This document shows, one piece after another, positions 41,576 to 50,451 of a stretch of 64,000 nucleotides of DNA. The notes below the pieces were generated by a model, which had not been told where the DNA came from, ran no database searches, and worked only from the letters and a program-made list of their open reading frames with translations. The position numbers were made by a program, and so were the translations under genes. Origin of the DNA: Patescibacteria group bacterium (lineage in GTDB: Bacteria > Patescibacteriota > Patescibacteriia > UBA9934); NCBI GenBank assembly GCA_041666205.1, contig JBAYHI010000002.1:64725-128724 (forward strand). Direction: 5' to 3'. Numbering within the stretch: the first letter of the stretch is position 1; every line of letters begins with the position of its first letter.

Positions 41576-43597
41576 TTATTTAGGTTGGCGAACGCCGTAA
41601 AGCCATGTTTTTCGCAAGAAGGACCAAATAATTGACCACTTCAAGAACACGCGTGTGACCGTCATGGCCGTAAGCATAGAAAGAAGGACACCGATACTCA
41701 GCGTGATTGCAAATCCTTTAATGGAACTCGTGCTCAAGAAGAACAAGACGGCTGCCGCGATGAGCGTTGTGAGGTTTCCATCGCGAATAGAAGTCCACGC
41801 GCGGCGGAATCCTTCGTCAATCGCTGTATTCAAATCGCGTCCGCTACGTAGCTCTTCTTTCATGCGTTCAAAAATCAGCACGTTCGCGTCCACAGCCATA
41901 CCCATAGAAAGCACAAACCCCGCAATACCAGAAAGCGTCATGGTAACGCCAAGCCATTTGTAGAGCGCGAGGTTCAATGCCGCATACACAGCAAGAGCCA
42001 AGACTGCTAACAATCCTGCATATCGGTAATACGCAATCATGAAGAGCGCCACGAGTGCAAACCCAACGAGTGCAGCTTTAATACTCAAATCAAGCGATGC
42101 TTGCCCGAGCGTTGGCCCAACGGTTTGTTGATTGAGAAGCGTGACAGGAACTGGAAGTGCACCAGCATTTAATCGTTGAACCAAAAGTTTTGATTCTGTG
42201 AGTGTGAAATTTCCTGTAATCGATGCGGTTCCGCCATAAATCGCTTCTTGCACGGTTGGCGTTGAAATGGCGCTTCCATCCAAGAAAATGCCAATCATCT
42301 TTCCAACATTTGATGCAGTGAGTTCTTCAAATTTCGTTCCGCCTTCGCTTGAGAAATTCAAGACAACATATGGTGCCCCGGTATTTGGATCAAATGCAAC
42401 CGCTGCATTTTTCAAATCTTTTCCGGAAAGCGTTGTATTGGTCCACGGATTTGTTTGAATCACGTCCGATGCAGTTGTGAGCGGCATTTTTACGATCGCG
42501 ATTTCATACGCTGGCACAGCTTTTGTGTCGCGTCGATAAATGATGTGATAGCCGAAGTCTGTTTCCACCACATCAGAAATCTGCCCATCGGTGAGAGCGA
42601 ACGCTGCAGTTTCGAATGGTTCAACCGTCATCCCCTTTTTGATCCAATCCAAATCCCCACCGGTTGGAGCCGACCCAGTATCTTCCGATACTTCGGTTGC
42701 TTTTTCCGAAAAATTCTTGGTGGTGAGTTGTGTTTTCAAATCCTGCGCCAACGTGAGTGCCTCGGCCTTGGTACGCGTATTTGTGCACCCCTGGGATTCA
42801 GCGTGACAAATAAGAATATGCGAAAGCTGTGCCGAATCTTCAGATTTTGTGGAAAGGAAATTCACGACAAGCAAATCGCTTGCATCCTCATAGACAAGAG
42901 GAATGATTCCGGTCTTATATTTCTTTGTAGCGATTTTTGATGCTAATGCCGTATACATGCCATCGTCGGCATTGATCCAACCAAAATAGCCGTTATTCCA
43001 TTTTGTGGTTTCATCGGTTGACGCCTCTTTTGCGAGCGTGGAAAAATCTTCTCCGTTTTGCGCGCGCTCCAAGATTGCGTCAGCGGCAGCTCGTTCTGTT
43101 TCTTGTGCCGCGTCAATTTGTACTTGTTGTTCTGCGGTTGGTTCGGTTTGGAGTTCTGATTCTGGCGTTTGTGTTTTGAATTCCAAAATTGGCGTTTCCC
43201 CAATCATTTTAATTGCGCTCTCAACATCAAAGACGCCAGCAAGTTCAACAATAATCCGATAGTGTCCACCGGAAATATTGGTCTGAACCACTGGCTCGGC
43301 AATCCCAAACGCGTTCACACGACGTTCAATGACTTCACGTGCACCTTCAAGCGCTGTGGCTTTGTCGGCTTCGGCGATCGCGGACATATCGGCCTCGTAG
43401 ACAAGATGCGTTCCACCCTGCAAATCAAGCCCGAGCTTGAATGGATTCTCCGAAAGCGTTGGCCCAAAGCCAATTGCACTCACCGCTTTATTCCATGGAC
43501 CCGGGTATGCAACCGATCCCATGAGCAATGAAACAATGATGATGCCAAGGACCGAAAGGTGCAGATTGCGTCGTAGGTGCGTTTTTTGTTGATTCAT
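41576..43597 (-). CDS. secD: SecD with inserted parvulin (PpiC) domains
   Basis: LGLDLQGG, GALPVP, GMAVDANVLIFER; insert contains SHILI, GGDL, FETAAF, ETDFGYHII. Confidence 0.93.
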   Translation of the reverse strand: MNQQKTHLRRNLHLSVLGIIIVSLLMGSVAYPGPWNKAVSAIGFGPTLSENPFKLGLDLQGGTHLVYEADMSAIAEADKATALEGAREVIERRVNAFGIAEPVVQTNISGGHYRIIVELAGVFDVESAIKMIGETPILEFKTQTPESELQTEPTAEQQVQIDAAQETERAAADAILERAQNGEDFSTLAKEASTDETTKWNNGYFGWINADDGMYTALASKIATKKYKTGIIPLVYEDASDLLVVNFLSTKSEDSAQLSHILICHAESQGCTNTRTKAEALTLAQDLKTQLTTKNFSEKATEVSEDTGSAPTGGDLDWIKKGMTVEPFETAAFALTDGQISDVVETDFGYHIIYRRDTKAVPAYEIAIVKMPLTTASDVIQTNPWTNTTLSGKDLKNAAVAFDPNTGAPYVVLNFSSEGGTKFEELTASNVGKMIGIFLDGSAISTPTVQEAIYGGTASITGNFTLTESKLLVQRLNAGALPVPVTLLNQQTVGPTLGQASLDLSIKAALVGFALVALFMIAYYRYAGLLAVLALAVYAALNLALYKWLGVTMTLSGIAGFVLSMGMAVDANVLIFERMKEELRSGRDLNTAIDEGFRRAWTSIRDGNLTTLIAAAVLFFLSTSSIKGFAITLSIGVLLSMLTAMTVTRVFLKWSIIWSFLRKTWLYGVRQPK

Positions 43598-43653
43598 ACC
43601 AAAAAAAGTTTGTGACGCCATTCTAGTCGACTGCCATAAATTTGCAAGGGGTC

Positions 43654-44010
43654 CTATTCGTTTGATTTTTTGAACGTCACGCGGAATGACGGGTACCACT
43701 TCTCGTTATAATCATCAACAATTTCGACTTCTTTATTTTCCACGTACATATTGAGCGCCAAATCCGCCAGGAGTTCGAGATCGGTATCGATATCGACTTT
43801 GAGCTCTTCCATGCGCGCAATATCGGCTTTAGAAATTGCTTTCACTTCATTTTCAAGTGCCTTGCGATCGCCTCGCAACGCTTTGAGTTGATCTTCGATT
43901 TCTTTGAATTTTGGACTGGCTTCAAGTTCGCTATGGATTATTTTTGCGATCTCGGCTTTTTCCTTTTTATTTTTGGCAAGACGTTTATAGACTTCTTGTA
44001 GTGTTGGCAT
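43654..44010 (-). CDS. Conserved hypothetical coiled-coil protein
   Basis: 118 aa; TATAAT upstream. Confidence 0.75.
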   Translation of the reverse strand: MPTLQEVYKRLAKNKKEKAEIAKIIHSELEASPKFKEIEDQLKALRGDRKALENEVKAISKADIARMEELKVDIDTDLELLADLALNMYVENKEVEIVDDYNEKWYPSFRVTFKKSNE

Positions 44011-44043
44011 ATATTTGTGGAACGATTATATCACACCACCCCC

Positions 44044-44095
44044 GTGTCATTGCGAGGAGGCTTTAGCCGACGAAGCAATCTGCTCGAGCGGATTG
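44044..44095. repeat. TGTC/CGTC-type palindrome, truncated doublet
   Basis: GTGTCATTGCGAGGAGG...GACGAAGCAATCT-GCTCGAGC-GGATTG; full doublet at 48315-48402. Confidence 0.8.
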
Positions 44096-44148
44096 ACAAA
44101 CGCAAGAAAAATCGACAAGATTGCGCCACGTTCAACATAGGAGGACCC

Positions 44149-44601
44149 GTGCCTGCTATCAAACTGCTCAGGGAGTTACGAAGGATTCAACTGAATCCCC
44201 GACAGCTTCGCAAGATTGCGGTCGGTACTGCCCTGTTCCTGATCGGGCGTGTGCCTGAAGTACAGAACGAGACAACAAAGCCCGAACTCGAGCCCATCCT
44301 GATGAAGCTCAAGAAATGGATGAAGGATCCGGCCTATCCCATCCCAGTGGACGAGCTTGTTCGGAAGGCAACAGAGGCATACGTCCTGCATGGACTGCCA
44401 GATGTCGACTCCGACATCTGGAGGATCTGCGCGATCCTCTTCTGGACTATGCAGAGCTTCCGGGATGACACGGATCGCCGCGCCATCGAGCTCGCCGTGG
44501 AGCGCGTCATCAGCTTCTCGTTGGGGCAAGAGGCACCGCGAGCCGCCTGGGAAATCCGACAGATGATCGAGGATTCCCAGACCGACACAGATTCCAGCTA
44601 G
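44149..44601 (+). CDS. Hypothetical alpha-helical protein (ORFan cassette)
   Basis: TTGACA-N17-CAAGAT, AGGAGG RBS, GTG start, downstream hairpin. Confidence 0.7.
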   Translation: MPAIKLLRELRRIQLNPRQLRKIAVGTALFLIGRVPEVQNETTKPELEPILMKLKKWMKDPAYPIPVDELVRKATEAYVLHGLPDVDSDIWRICAILFWTMQSFRDDTDRRAIELAVERVISFSLGQEAPRAAWEIRQMIEDSQTDTDSS

Positions 44602-44749
44602 TTACGCCTTCTTCTCGGGCCGTCACCCCTCGGTGGCGGTCTTCGACGTTTAAATGGGTGAATGGATTGACAAAATCGAAAAAAAGATGCAGAATTCACC
44701 CGATTCGCCTAGCGAATTTGAGAGAAATCTCCAACCTGCCGGAGGGCAG

Positions 44750-45184
44750 ATGCATTCGTTGGAACAGCTTCGAGAAATGAACGAGAAACTCACCCACATG
44801 GAGCGGTGTCGGGCAGCGATCTACTACATCACGCAGGAACGCTTGAAGCTCGAGACGATCGGCGACGAGCCGTGGAGCCACTTCGACGGTGTGCTCCGCG
44901 ACGTCGAAGCTTTCGTGAACGAAGGCGCAGAGCTCTCGGAAGATCTGCACAGGCGGGCCGAAGAGGTGTTCGTGCTGGGGGCGCAGATCTCGCACGAGTA
45001 CAAGCGTCTCGGCGAAGCACTTTTCCTCGTCGCGCATCTCGTGTTCTTCCGCGAGGCCACAACTTCGAGCCAAGTCTTCTTCGAGGCCGTCATCGCGGCA
45101 TTCGAGAAGCCCGAGTTCGAATGCACGATTCTCGGCCCGGTTCCCGAGCTCGGCCCCGACTCCCGCATGATCTCGGAGATGTAG
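44750..45184 (+). CDS. Hypothetical alpha-helical protein (ORFan cassette)
   Basis: TTGACA-N17-CAGAAT, GGAGGG RBS, hairpin plus T-run. Confidence 0.7.
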   Translation: MHSLEQLREMNEKLTHMERCRAAIYYITQERLKLETIGDEPWSHFDGVLRDVEAFVNEGAELSEDLHRRAEEVFVLGAQISHEYKRLGEALFLVAHLVFFREATTSSQVFFEAVIAAFEKPEFECTILGPVPELGPDSRMISEM

Positions 45185-45392
45185 AGCTCAGCCCCCTCGT
45201 CTCGGCCGCCATCCCACTCGGGCTGGCGGTCGTCGCTTTTTTACCGAGATCCTCAAGGCGGGACTCCTAGCCCTCCGACCTGTACACCGAAGCCTTGGCG
45301 AAGGGGGGTTGACTTTTTTGAAATTTCAGCGCATAGTCATTCAGTTTTGGTGGTTCTGTTCTTGACCGAAACAACATTCTCCTGGAGGGGAG

Positions 45393-45908
45393 ATGGCAAA
45401 ACTGAGTCGGCATCTGCCGCTCGACATCCGCAGGCACCTTGAGACGGAATTTGCAGATCCGGATGCACAGCGTCTCGTACGCATTGCATTCGTGCTTTGC
45501 GAACTCACGGAAAGGTGCATGTATCGTGAGATTACGGATATGGGTGAGCTCCTGCACCATCCGGCCATCAAGGCATTAGTCGCGCTTGGCAACTACATCG
45601 GTGCCGATAATATCGAGCAGGCGGAGCACTGGCGCCCGGAGATCGAGTGCTTCTCTCAAGCAGAAATCGAACGCGACTATTTCGAAAACCTCTGCACCTA
45701 CCACGGATCAAAGGCAATCCGTCACACCTGTGCACTCCTCATCGAAGACGATCCGCGTGAACGGTGCGATCGACTCCTCGACGTGATCCGTCACACGCGC
45801 GATGCGGTTCTCCACAGCGACCCGGACGGCATGACCGTTACCCTCGCCTGGGGGAAAATCCGCACCGTCATCCTCCGAACCTGCAACCACCGTGGTTGCA
45901 TCCTCTAG
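45393..45908 (+). CDS. Hypothetical alpha-helical protein (ORFan cassette)
   Basis: TTGACT-N17-CATAGT, GGAGGGGAG RBS. Confidence 0.7.
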   Translation: MAKLSRHLPLDIRRHLETEFADPDAQRLVRIAFVLCELTERCMYREITDMGELLHHPAIKALVALGNYIGADNIEQAEHWRPEIECFSQAEIERDYFENLCTYHGSKAIRHTCALLIEDDPRERCDRLLDVIRHTRDAVLHSDPDGMTVTLAWGKIRTVILRTCNHRGCIL

Positions 45909-45933
45909 CGCCTCCTTACGGCGCAACCTAAAG

Positions 45934-46059
45934 ACCACCCCTTCCTCCTTCGCTCCTTCGGAGCTACGGAGGACAAGCAGGGTGGCCTTATTCGTTTCAA
46001 TGGACGTTGCATCCCCCTTCGCTCTTCGAGCTTCGACGGGACAGGTGCAACGTCACTAC
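45934..46059. repeat. Two ~35-nt palindromic units nested in the loops of host hairpins
   Basis: 45943-45977 lies inside CCACCCC/AGGGTGG; 46012-46045 lies inside GGACGTTGCA/TGCAACGTC. Confidence 0.7.
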
Positions 46060-46071
46060 GGCAAGGATTTT

Positions 46072-46821
46072 TTAAATTTGAATCTTTGAAAACAAATGAC
46101 TCCCAATCACCAACACAATCGCTGTTGCGATTCCCATGACGGCAAAATCAATTCCCAAACCAAAGTGACTTACTCCAATCAATCCCCCACGCAGCCCGTC
46201 CACTGCATAGGAGAGTGGATTCAAATAAACGATCCGCTCCATCCAGCCACTTAATCCAGCAAGTGGAAAAAGAGCGCCGGAAAGAAAATAAAGCGGCATG
46301 ATCAAGAAATTCATGATGAGTTGGAACCCGCTCGAATCTCTCAACGTTGAAGCAATCGCTGTTCCTACAGCCGTAAAAAATAGCGCGGTTATGAGCATCA
46401 TGAGAAATGCAAGCAGAGCCCCTGCGATACTCACCGGGTGAAATCCAACAATAAAAGAAATGAGGAAAATGACTGTTCCTTGAAAAATGGCAACCGTGGC
46501 GCCTCCGAGTGTACGACCAATCATAATCGAGAGACGAGAAACCGGAGCTACAAGGGTTTCCTTCAAAAATCCAAATTGTCGATCCCAGATGATTTCAATC
46601 CCAGAAAAAATCGAGGCAAACAGTACGCTCATGGCAACGATTCCTGGCACCAAAAATTGAATATAATCCCCTTGCCCTGCCTGCTTGAACACCGAGCCAA
46701 ATCCATATCCCATGGCAAACAGGAAGAGAATCGGCTGGCCGAGTGAACCAACAATGCGCGTTTTTGAACGGAAAAATCGTTTGAGTTGTCGGAGCCAAAG
46801 AATGTAAATTGTTGTAAACAT
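46072..46821 (-). CDS. ABC-2 type exporter permease
   Basis: WDRQFGFLKETLVAP, FLSGALFP, NPLSYAVDGLR. Confidence 0.92.
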   Translation of the reverse strand: MFTTIYILWLRQLKRFFRSKTRIVGSLGQPILFLFAMGYGFGSVFKQAGQGDYIQFLVPGIVAMSVLFASIFSGIEIIWDRQFGFLKETLVAPVSRLSIMIGRTLGGATVAIFQGTVIFLISFIVGFHPVSIAGALLAFLMMLITALFFTAVGTAIASTLRDSSGFQLIMNFLIMPLYFLSGALFPLAGLSGWMERIVYLNPLSYAVDGLRGGLIGVSHFGLGIDFAVMGIATAIVLVIGSHLFSKIQI

Positions 46822-46831
46822 AATTTCAAGG

Positions 46832-47617
46832 TTAGCGCATCATCTGACGATGTTGACGCATCTGGTTGAATCCTGCGTCCACGCTTTCTTCGCGAATGTC
46901 GTGGCCGGTAAGCGAAAGAAATGCTTCTTCAAGCGAGCCCGCATTTGCTTTCTTTTTGATTTCATCGGGCGTTCCGCGCTCCACGATTTTGCCGTGGTCA
47001 ATGATCGCTACTTCTTGCGCAACTTTTTCCGCTTCTTCGATGTAGTGTGTTGTAAAGAAAATCGTGATCCCTTCTTTTTCATTGAGGTGCTTGATGTAAT
47101 CCCAAATACGATTGCGCGTTTGTGGATCGAGTCCTTGCGTTGGTTCGTCCAAAAAGAAAATCTTTGGATGATGCAAAAGCCCGCGCGCAATTTCCAATCG
47201 ACGCTTCATACCACCCGAGAAGGTTCGCACGATATCGTTTTTACGATCCGAGAGCTCCACGATTTCTAATAGCTTGTCAATGCGTTGCTGACGAACTTCT
47301 TTTGGAACTCTGTAGAGCACCGCGTGGAACCGTAAATTCTCGAGCGCAGTCAGTTCCTCATCCAAACTTGGATCTTGAAAAACGATTCCAAAGGAGCTTC
47401 GCACCTCCCGCTCGTCGTGCACAGGATCAAATCCATTCACCGCAATGGTGCCCGACGTTGGCTCCAAGAGCGTGGTGAGCATTTTAATGGTGGTGGTTTT
47501 CCCTGCGCCGTTTGGCCCCAGGAATGCAAAAATTGAACCGGCTTTCACCTCAAAGGAAATGTCGTCGACCGCGTTTGATTTTCCAAACGTCTTGATGAGA
47601 TTTTTAACTTCAATCAT
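46832..47617 (-). CDS. ABC transporter ATP-binding protein (DrrA-like)
   Basis: GPNGAGKTT, FSGGMKRR, FLDEPT. Confidence 0.95.
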   Translation of the reverse strand: MIEVKNLIKTFGKSNAVDDISFEVKAGSIFAFLGPNGAGKTTTIKMLTTLLEPTSGTIAVNGFDPVHDEREVRSSFGIVFQDPSLDEELTALENLRFHAVLYRVPKEVRQQRIDKLLEIVELSDRKNDIVRTFSGGMKRRLEIARGLLHHPKIFFLDEPTQGLDPQTRNRIWDYIKHLNEKEGITIFFTTHYIEEAEKVAQEVAIIDHGKIVERGTPDEIKKKANAGSLEEAFLSLTGHDIREESVDAGFNQMRQHRQMMR

Positions 47618-47626
47618 AAATTTTAT

Positions 47627-48298
47627 CTATTCTTTCTCAATCACCGTACGAAACGCCTCTTCGGCTTTTCCTTTTGAAACTCCGAATTTACCAAGATGCG
47701 CCACGACTTTTTCGATTTTCTTATTGTTCCCGCAGAAATTTGAGATATCCTCATCGAGTCCGACGAATCGATAAAGTTTCTGCCAAAGTGCTTTGCGATC
47801 CATGAATTTCTGCACCGAGTGCTGTGAGATTTTCCAAATTTCTCCATCAATCCCAAATCGCCAATACATCCAGAGCTGCACAAAATGAAAAACGTCTTCA
47901 GCTTCTTCGTGCATGCCTTGTTTGTTCCATTTGAGAACCTCATCGACGTATTCACGGACTTCAGAAAAAACCCGACTCAAATTGATGCGTTCCCCAGACG
48001 TATATTCTTTGATATAAGCGCTGATTTTCATATTCTTGTTTGTGAGTTCTGCGTGATGCGCTCTATTCGTTTTTCCGAAAAATTCTATACTCTTTTCGTC
48101 ACTTTGCTTTTTCATTTCATCGGTCATCTCATTCCAATTCTCCCAAATGCGCCGTTGTTCTTCCTTCGTCGGTTCCTCATGGATGAGTTCAATTCCCGTC
48201 TCCGCGCGCCAACGGTGAACTGGGTCATTCAATAATTTTTCTGCCTTTTCCGGGTAGAACTTTTTGATTTCGTCGATGTTGTACGGACGCTGGTACAT
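47627..48298 (-). CDS. Hypothetical protein, possibly two fused units (internal Met at 48031)
   Basis: Continuous ORF within an operon-like run; start uncertain (48298 or 48310). Confidence 0.6.
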   Translation of the reverse strand: MYQRPYNIDEIKKFYPEKAEKLLNDPVHRWRAETGIELIHEEPTKEEQRRIWENWNEMTDEMKKQSDEKSIEFFGKTNRAHHAELTNKNMKISAYIKEYTSGERINLSRVFSEVREYVDEVLKWNKQGMHEEAEDVFHFVQLWMYWRFGIDGEIWKISQHSVQKFMDRKALWQKLYRFVGLDEDISNFCGNNKKIEKVVAHLGKFGVSKGKAEEAFRTVIEKE

Positions 48299-48314
48299 AA
48301 ATAGGTCCATTTCC

Positions 48315-48402
48315 TGTGTCATTGCGAGCCCAGCCATGCTGGGCGAAGCAATCTACTCGAGTGGATTGCTTCGTCGGCTGGGGGCCTCCTCGCAATGACA
48401 CA
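48315..48402. repeat. TGTC/CGTC-type palindromic doublet
   Basis: TGTGTCATTGCGAG...GAAGCAATCT-ACTCGAGT-GGATTGCTTCG...CTCGCAATGACACA. Confidence 0.85.
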
Positions 48403-48408
48403 AAAAGT

Positions 48409-48711
48409 TTACGATTCTTCCAAAATAATTTTCTTCTTAAACCCACCACGTTCTTTCAGCTTCTTTGCCTTAACCGACGCGAGTTTCCGTTTATTGAATT
48501 TTTTGTGTTTACACATCGCCTCGAGGACTTCCAAAATATCCGCCATTTCTTCTACAGATTCGTCTTCATTGAATTCCGCAATTTCTTCTTGCAATTTTTC
48601 CTTGAGCTTGAGCCAATACTCTTTTTGCGTGGCAATATGCACAATCGGCACACCGCCGTTGCGTTTTATAAGTTGCGGAATCTTGTCACGAATGAGCTTA
48701 TGGTATTTCAC
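48409..48711 (-). CDS. MazG/PRA-PH-like NTP pyrophosphohydrolase
   Basis: KLIRDKIP, KLQEE..E, EEMADILEV, ERGGF. Confidence 0.85.
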   Translation of the reverse strand: MKYHKLIRDKIPQLIKRNGGVPIVHIATQKEYWLKLKEKLQEEIAEFNEDESVEEMADILEVLEAMCKHKKFNKRKLASVKAKKLKERGGFKKKIILEES

Positions 48712-48715
48712 ACGT

Positions 48716-49129
48716 TCAGATTATTTTTGAAAGATCCCCGTTGATAATCACCGGCTTCACGGCTTCGATTTCTGTTTTGTAAAATTCAATTTCCGGAATC
48801 GGATTTAAAAGAAAAATCTTTTGGTTGAGCACATGAGCAAATCCAATTTCCATGAGCGTATTCCCGCCAATGTAATTTTTAATTCCATGTTTGTCGACAT
48901 TTAACACAAGAATCGCATCCCCATTTTGCATTGGCTTCCAAAATTCCCGGATTGCATCATAATTATTTTTGTGATCGAGCTTCAAAACCTCTTTTTCTTC
49001 GTCGCTCTTTCCAATATAGGCGTCCACGAATCCAGAAACAAATACCTGATGCCCTAATGCAGTAAGCTCATCACGAACTTCAAGCATTTTTTCTGCGAAT
49101 TGCATACTTCCACAAATTCCAATACGCAT
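48716..49129 (-). CDS. Hypothetical protein, nucleoside 2-deoxyribosyltransferase-like fold (inferred)
   Basis: ICGSMQF, DAILVLN, YIGGNTLMEIGFA; paralog at 49609-50034. Confidence 0.7.
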   Translation of the reverse strand: MRIGICGSMQFAEKMLEVRDELTALGHQVFVSGFVDAYIGKSDEEKEVLKLDHKNNYDAIREFWKPMQNGDAILVLNVDKHGIKNYIGGNTLMEIGFAHVLNQKIFLLNPIPEIEFYKTEIEAVKPVIINGDLSKII

Positions 49130-49137
49130 AGAGAAAA

Positions 49138-49605
49138 TTATTTTTTTATGGATTGAATCACCTTCAACAATTCGTCCGAACGACGCGAAGGGATGGCAAT
49201 GGTTTTTCCAGAAGACAACCGGAACATCACTCCGCCTTTACATGGAGAAAAAAGTAAGCTCTTCATTTGTTTGAGTTGCGTTGTTTCCTTTTTCTCCTTT
49301 GGAATGATCGGGGTTGCAAAATCACGAAAGAAAAAGCATGGTGCGATTTCTACAATATCCTTGAGAGGATATATTTCCGTTTCATTTTTTGTAACAAATG
49401 TTAACGTCGTGCCCTGGACAGAAACCGTATATTTCTTCGTGAGGCGAATCATGGAACTCACCACAAAAACAAATGCAATAAAACCCACGGTCCACGCGTT
49501 ACTATACAAATACGCGAGCGTGCTAAGAATAAGAAAAAGCACGACCGGAAAAATCATATTCTGAATTTTGTATCGGATGACCTCTTCAAAATTTGGTTGG
49601 TCCAT
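49138..49605 (-). CDS. Hypothetical membrane protein with soluble C-terminal domain
   Basis: Two N-terminal TM helices. Confidence 0.7.
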   Translation of the reverse strand: MDQPNFEEVIRYKIQNMIFPVVLFLILSTLAYLYSNAWTVGFIAFVFVVSSMIRLTKKYTVSVQGTTLTFVTKNETEIYPLKDIVEIAPCFFFRDFATPIIPKEKKETTQLKQMKSLLFSPCKGGVMFRLSSGKTIAIPSRRSDELLKVIQSIKK

Positions 49606-49608
49606 ATG

Positions 49609-50034
49609 TTAATTATTTAACGCGTCAAAATCCCCATGTAAAATCGTTGGCTGAAACGACGCAACTTCATGTGCCCAGCGGTGATCCTCAGGGTTTGGAT
49701 GAGCGAATAAAAGGAAAATCTCTTTCCCTAGATAATACGCAAGTCCCATTTCCATGAGCGACGACGTGCCAATATACCCGTCAACGCCATTCTTGGGATA
49801 ATTCAGGAAAACCACGCTGTCACTTTGCGCCAATAAATCAAAACAGCGCTTCATGACATTGTTCTCAATAAGATGCGCCCGATCGACAGTCAAATCATCA
49901 ATTAACCCCGAATCCTCTACATGCAATTCTGCATCACACGGAACAAAAACCTCGTGGCCCATTTTTGATAGTTGCGCCTGAACGTCTAGCATTTCCTTTG
50001 CAAATGACATGCTCCCGCACAACATGATTTTCAT
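49609..50034 (-). CDS. Hypothetical protein, nucleoside 2-deoxyribosyltransferase-like fold (inferred)
   Basis: LCGSMSF, DSVVFLN, YIGTSSLMEMGLA. Confidence 0.7.
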   Translation of the reverse strand: MKIMLCGSMSFAKEMLDVQAQLSKMGHEVFVPCDAELHVEDSGLIDDLTVDRAHLIENNVMKRCFDLLAQSDSVVFLNYPKNGVDGYIGTSSLMEMGLAYYLGKEIFLLFAHPNPEDHRWAHEVASFQPTILHGDFDALNN

Positions 50035-50450
50035 ACGATAATCCCTCGTTTTAAAAGATCCGGAAGAATGTGGACACGGATAGTTTCACTCGCCTCTGGA
50101 TTTTCTAAGTCTTCTCGCCCAAGCCACCCGATGGCGGTAATTTCCGAACTCGCAACTGGCGTGCCGGTAAATGTGCCGGAATATAATTTGATATTCACGG
50201 TTTTTCCTGGCATGCCAGAAGCCGGAGCTTCGTATTCGGCAATAAATTTTACGCTCTCAATATCGAGCTCACAATTGATTTCTTCTTTGATTTCACGAAC
50301 CAATGCTTGCTCGAGCGTTTCTCCGTGTTCAATTTTCCCGCCCGGCATGAGCCATTGCGACAAAATTCCATCGCGCGTTTTGCGATCGACTAAGAATTTC
50401 GTTTTGTCGTCATTGAGAACCAAGAGGGCGCTTTTGTTGATGTCAGCCAT
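50031..50450 (-). CDS. NUDIX hydrolase
   Basis: PGGKIEHGETLEQALVREIKEE; ATG 50450 directly after the secA stop. Confidence 0.88.
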   Translation of the reverse strand: MADINKSALLVLNDDKTKFLVDRKTRDGILSQWLMPGGKIEHGETLEQALVREIKEEINCELDIESVKFIAEYEAPASGMPGKTVNIKLYSGTFTGTPVASSEITAIGWLGREDLENPEASETIRVHILPDLLKRGIIV

Positions 50451-50451
50451 A

